From: Candidatus Thalassarchaeum betae | Lineage (GTDB): Archaea; Thermoplasmatota; Poseidoniia; Poseidoniales; Thalassarchaeaceae | Reading direction: 5' to 3' (one strand) | NCBI RefSeq assembly: GCF_022448665.1 | Contig: NZ_JAKUUO010000003.1 | DNA length: 57,258 nt | Shown here: positions 53,620 to 57,258 of the stretch, one piece after another | How the letters are laid out: each line of letters starts with the position of its first letter | Position numbering within the stretch: the stretch's first letter is position 1 | The notes under the pieces: model-generated | What the model was told of the DNA's origin: nothing | What the model saw: only the letters and a program-made list of their open reading frames with translations | The model's database searches: none | Made by a program: the position numbers and the translations under genes

Positions 53620-55230
53620 ATGGTCGAATCGGAGCATGACGTGGCCTTGGAGAACACTGATCGCCTGCACGGACGTTCAGCTCTGGTTAACAACGTCGAA
53701 GCGGCTGTGGCCCTCGCTGGGGCCGTCCGCTCCACCCTGGGTCCACGTGGGCTCGACAAGATGCTGGTGGAGGAAGGCGGCTCGACCACTGTGACCAACG
53801 ACGGCGTGACGGTGCTGGAGACCGCTAAGGTCGAGCACCCGACCGCTCGGCTCCTGATATCCACTTCCTCTGCCCAAGACCGGGCGGCGCGTGACGGGAC
53901 TACGACCACGGTCATCCTGACATCCGAGATGCTGCAGAACGCGCTCGAGCTGGTTCGCTCGGGAGTGCACCCCTCCGTAATCATGAATGGGTACCAGATC
54001 GCCCTCGATGAGGCCCTAGCGGAGATGGAGCGTATTGCACGCTCATCACAGGACCAAGCGGATAGACGCGCTGTGGTGGCGACCTCTCTGGCAGGGAAGG
54101 TAGACTCGTCGCTCACCGCCCATCTGACTGACTTGGCTCTGGAGGCTGCTGACGCGCTTGCAGGCGAAGAGGGTGGCGCTGATCTGGAGAGGCTCAGGGT
54201 GAAGCGTCTGATGATCAAGGACGGCAGTGCGAGAGAGTCCGAGATCGTACATGGTATGGTGCTCGCTAAGTCGAGGATGGACATGGCCACCCCAGCCAAC
54301 TCGGACGGCGGAAGGATAGCCATCATTGACGGTGGATTGGAGAACGCCAAACTAGAGTTCGAGGCTTCGATAGAGGTCACCAGTGCTGGCGCGCTGCGCG
54401 GTTTTCACGAGCGCGCGCGCCAGAGACTCCAGGAGCAGGTCGAGTTGCTCGGGTCCCTTGGTGTGGATCTGCTGGTGGTGCGTGACGGCATCGCCGAAGA
54501 GTCTTCGACCATGCTGACCGATGCGGGGATCACAGCATATCGCCGCTTTGAGCGTGAGGATCTCGAGCGGCTGGCTCGGATCACTGGCTCCGTGATGGTT
54601 CGCGACGCGCGCAGAATAAAGGCAGATGATGTGGGGACCTACTCCAGTCGCTCAGAGCAGACGTTCTCCGGGATCAAGCACACTAGGATAGACGGTTCCG
54701 CGGGCGGCGCGATGACGGTTCTGATCCGCGGCTCCTCACCCACAGTCAGAGAGGAGGTTCGGCGGGCCTTCGACGACGCTCTAGGAGTCGCCCACAGACT
54801 CTCAGAAGACTCTCGGATGCTTCCTGGAGGGGGGGCATCACAGATTCATCTGGCCCGCCACCTGCGAGCATTCGCACCCAGCCAGGCCGGTCGCGAGCAA
54901 CTGGCGATTGAGGCCTACGCGGCCGCACTGGAGATCGTGCCCCGTGCCCTCGCTGAGAACTCAGGACTCGACCCCATCGACGAGATACTGGCCCTCTCAG
55001 CGGCTCAAGCAGCAGACTCCGAGAACGGAGCTTGGATAGGTATGGACGTGATTTCGGGAGAGAAGGTCCGAATGGACAAGGTAGGGGTCATGGATCCGCT
55101 GTTCGTAGCCCGTCACGCACTCGCTGGGGCAACCGAGGCGGCCAACAGCGTCCTGAGGATCGACGATGTTCTGTGGGCCAAGCAGGATGCTCAGACACCG
55201 GACTGGCAGAGCGAGATGGATCAGGACTGA
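53620..55230 (+). CDS. ths: thermosome subunit (group II chaperonin)
   Basis: STLGPRGLDKMLV, VTNDGVTVL, GGGASQIHLA. ATG 53620 preferred within ORF 53602..55230. Confidence 0.95.
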   Translation: MVESEHDVALENTDRLHGRSALVNNVEAAVALAGAVRSTLGPRGLDKMLVEEGGSTTVTNDGVTVLETAKVEHPTARLLISTSSAQDRAARDGTTTTVILTSEMLQNALELVRSGVHPSVIMNGYQIALDEALAEMERIARSSQDQADRRAVVATSLAGKVDSSLTAHLTDLALEAADALAGEEGGADLERLRVKRLMIKDGSARESEIVHGMVLAKSRMDMATPANSDGGRIAIIDGGLENAKLEFEASIEVTSAGALRGFHERARQRLQEQVELLGSLGVDLLVVRDGIAEESSTMLTDAGITAYRRFEREDLERLARITGSVMVRDARRIKADDVGTYSSRSEQTFSGIKHTRIDGSAGGAMTVLIRGSSPTVREEVRRAFDDALGVAHRLSEDSRMLPGGGASQIHLARHLRAFAPSQAGREQLAIEAYAAALEIVPRALAENSGLDPIDEILALSAAQAADSENGAWIGMDVISGEKVRMDKVGVMDPLFVARHALAGATEAANSVLRIDDVLWAKQDAQTPDWQSEMDQD

Positions 55231-56180
55231 GCACTCAGTCTGTCGAGCATCTCATCCACCAACCGACCTATATCGAACTCCGCCTTCCAGCCCCAATCCT
55301 CGCGCGCCGCGGAATCATCAACTGCATTGGGCCATGAATCGGCGTACGCCTGACGCTCGTCTGGGACGAAGTCGCAGGTGAAGCCGTCGACCCTCTCTGC
55401 GATGGCATCGGCCAGTTCCTGAGCAGAGAACGAAGGTCCCGAGACGTTGTACCCGCCTCGGGCCGGGCCTATCGACTCGACGGGGGCTTCCATCAGGTCG
55501 GTGGTGGCTCTGATCCCATCGTCGATATACATCATCGGCAGATGGGTATCAGCGCGGACGAAGCATTCGTAGTGACCGCTTTTCAGAGCGGCGTGGAAGA
55601 TCTCCACGGAGTAGTCAGTCGTGCCCCCGCCGGCTGGGGCCTTCCACGAGATGAGTCCGGGGTATCGGATGCCACGGACGTCCACTCCGTACTGCTTCCA
55701 GTAGTTCACGGCCATCGCCTCGCCGGTGACCTTGGTCCTGCCGTAGTTAGTGGTCGGGTTCAGCGGAGCCTCTTGGGGGGCAATACTTGGGCAATCGAGG
55801 CCGAAGACGGCTATAGAGGAAGGTGCGAAAACACGAAGGCCGTGGTTCCTAGCTGTCTCCAGCACGCAAATCGTTCCCCCCACATTCACCCTGTGGCAGA
55901 GCTCTGGCATCTTCTCCCCGGTGGCTGAGAGAATAGCGGCGAGGTGGTATATCGTGCCCACTTCTTCCTCTCTCACAGCAGCATCCACCCCCTCACCGTC
56001 GAGCACGCTGAGGAGGCGGAAGGGGCCGTCTTCGAGGAACGGGTGGCCGGGAACCTCTCGCACATCTGTGGCGATGACGTTGTCTGTCCCGTGGCGGGTT
56101 CTCAGGGCCTCCACGAGGTCGCTGCCAATCTGGCCCAGAGCACCTGTGACGAGAATCCTATCACCGGGAGGTTCCGCCAT
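55221..56180 (-). CDS. NAD-dependent epimerase/dehydratase-family protein, L-threonine 3-dehydrogenase-like
   Basis: [18 protein letters not shown] Rossmann motif. Met32 (ATG 56180) preferred within ORF 55221..56273. Confidence 0.7.
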   Translation of the reverse strand: MAEPPGDRILVTGALGQIGSDLVEALRTRHGTDNVIATDVREVPGHPFLEDGPFRLLSVLDGEGVDAAVREEEVGTIYHLAAILSATGEKMPELCHRVNVGGTICVLETARNHGLRVFAPSSIAVFGLDCPSIAPQEAPLNPTTNYGRTKVTGEAMAVNYWKQYGVDVRGIRYPGLISWKAPAGGGTTDYSVEIFHAALKSGHYECFVRADTHLPMMYIDDGIRATTDLMEAPVESIGPARGGYNVSGPSFSAQELADAIAERVDGFTCDFVPDERQAYADSWPNAVDDSAAREDWGWKAEFDIGRLVDEMLDRLSAQS

Positions 56181-56287
56181 GCTCTTCGGGAATTCAGACG
56201 ATACTTGAACATGGAGTGGTCGAGCATCTGAATTGCATAGCCAACCTTGATATGCAAGGCTCAACGGCTTCAAACCCCGTTGATTGC

Positions 56288-57258
56288 ATGAGATATGTCG
56301 TGGTCACGGGAGGCGTGCTGTCTGGACTAGGCAAAGGAGTCACTGCGAGTAGCATGGGAGTTTTGCTCAAATCCGCGGGACTGCGCGTCACTTCGGTCAA
56401 GATTGACCCCTACCTGAACGTCGATGCCGGGACCATGAGCCCATTCGAGCACGGAGAGGTCTTCGTGCTCGATGACGGGGGAGAAGTCGACTTGGACCTT
56501 GGTAACTACGAGAGGTTCCTGGATATCGCTCTGACGAGGGACAACAACATCACCACAGGCAAGGTCTACGCGGCTGTGGTCGAACGGGAGCGTCGTGGCG
56601 ACTACCTCGGGAAGACCGTGCAGGTCATCCCTCACATCACCAATGAGATCCAGGAGTGGATCGAGAGGGTCGCGCATGTGTCTAGCGATGGCGACAACGG
56701 CGCTCCCGATGTCTGTGTCATAGAACTCGGCGGTACGGTGGGAGATATCGAGAGCGCTCCCTTCGTCGAGGCTTTGCGCCAGTTTCAGTTCAGGGTCGGG
56801 CGTGAGAACATCTGCTTCGTCCACGTCAGTCTGGTCCCTGTCATGGGGCCGGTGGGAGAGCAGAAGACCAAACCGACCCAGCACACAGTGAAGGAGTTGC
56901 GCGGGCTCGGAATAATCCCGGATATACTCGTATGCAGGTCAGCCAAGCCGCTGCAGGACGATACCCGGGCGAAGCTCGCTGCCTTCTGCCACGTCTCCGA
57001 GGACGCGGTGGTGTCCGCGCACGACGTCTCGAACATCTACCGGGTCCCGATGATGCTGGAGGAGCAGGGCGTCAGCGGCGTCCTCTCTGGGCTCTTCGGG
57101 TTCGAACTGCCGTCAGAGCGACCTCTGCTGGATGACTGGAAGGCGATGGCCGACCGCGTCGACAACCCCGCCGAGGAGGTCCGCATCGCCACTGTCGGGA
57201 AGTACACGGGACTCTCAGATTCATACCTCAGCGTCATCAAGGCGCTGCAGCACTCGTC
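56288..57258 (+). CDS. pyrG: CTP synthase (3' end runs off the window)
   Basis: Hand translation from ATG 56288: [66 protein letters not shown]. It is absent from the ORF track because no stop codon occurs in the window. Confidence 0.9.
   Translation, partial: MRYVVVTGGVLSGLGKGVTASSMGVLLKSAGLRVTSVKIDPYLNVDAGTMSPFEHGEVFVLDDGGEVDLDLGNYERFLDIALTRDNNITTGKVYAAVVERERRGDYLGKTVQVIPHITNEIQEWIERVAHVSSDGDNGAPDVCVIELGGTVGDIESAPFVEALRQFQFRVGRENICFVHVSLVPVMGPVGEQKTKPTQHTVKELRGLGIIPDILVCRSAKPLQDDTRAKLAAFCHVSEDAVVSAHDVSNIYRVPMMLEEQGVSGVLSGLFGFELPSERPLLDDWKAMADRVDNPAEEVRIATVGKYTGLSDSYLSVIKALQHS

Overview
GC-rich archaeal chromosomal segment. The archaeal assignment rests on PCNA, Orc1/Cdc6, Bud32, a thermosome subunit, an archaeal-type PPAT fused to a DUF359 dephospho-CoA kinase, and four tRNAs. 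About 55 protein genes are tightly packed. Most are housekeeping or heterotrophic metabolism: acyl-CoA/beta-oxidation-like enzymes, M14 and M17 peptidases, class I aldolase plus GlpX, MoaC/MoaE, NadA, a 3'-truncated CTP synthase, agmatinase and aldehyde dehydrogenase. Chaperone genes are DnaK, an Hsp20-like protein and the thermosome, and there are several large secreted or membrane-anchored proteins. The gene mix fits a marine heterotrophic euryarchaeon (Marine Group II/Poseidoniales-like), but this is inference and cannot be verified here. I saw no CRISPR array, transposase, integrase, rRNA or recognisable defence gene, and no unambiguous novel multi-gene system. The best leads are: (1) a BoxB/PaaA-type diiron acyl-CoA oxygenase embedded in a beta-oxidation-like cluster with an orphan partner ORF; (2) a module at 17.0-20.5 kb made of an 874-aa orphan protein with an N-terminal winged helix, a sharply AT-rich divergent region, and two tandem paralogous small winged-helix proteins; (3) a ~330-nt non-coding gap (16.7-17.05 kb) with nested helices that may encode a structured RNA; (4) a cysteine-free Mrp/NBP35 ATPase whose CxxC segment is replaced by an Ig-like insertion; (5) a divergent TBP-fold protein in an operon with a TatD-like hydrolase; (6) a PPAT-DPCK fusion; (7) an Hsp20-like protein in the position normally held by grpE upstream of dnaK. 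A candidate replication origin lies upstream of orc1/cdc6. Many long ORFs in the six-frame track are antisense shadows of real genes, as is typical of GC-rich DNA, and were not called.
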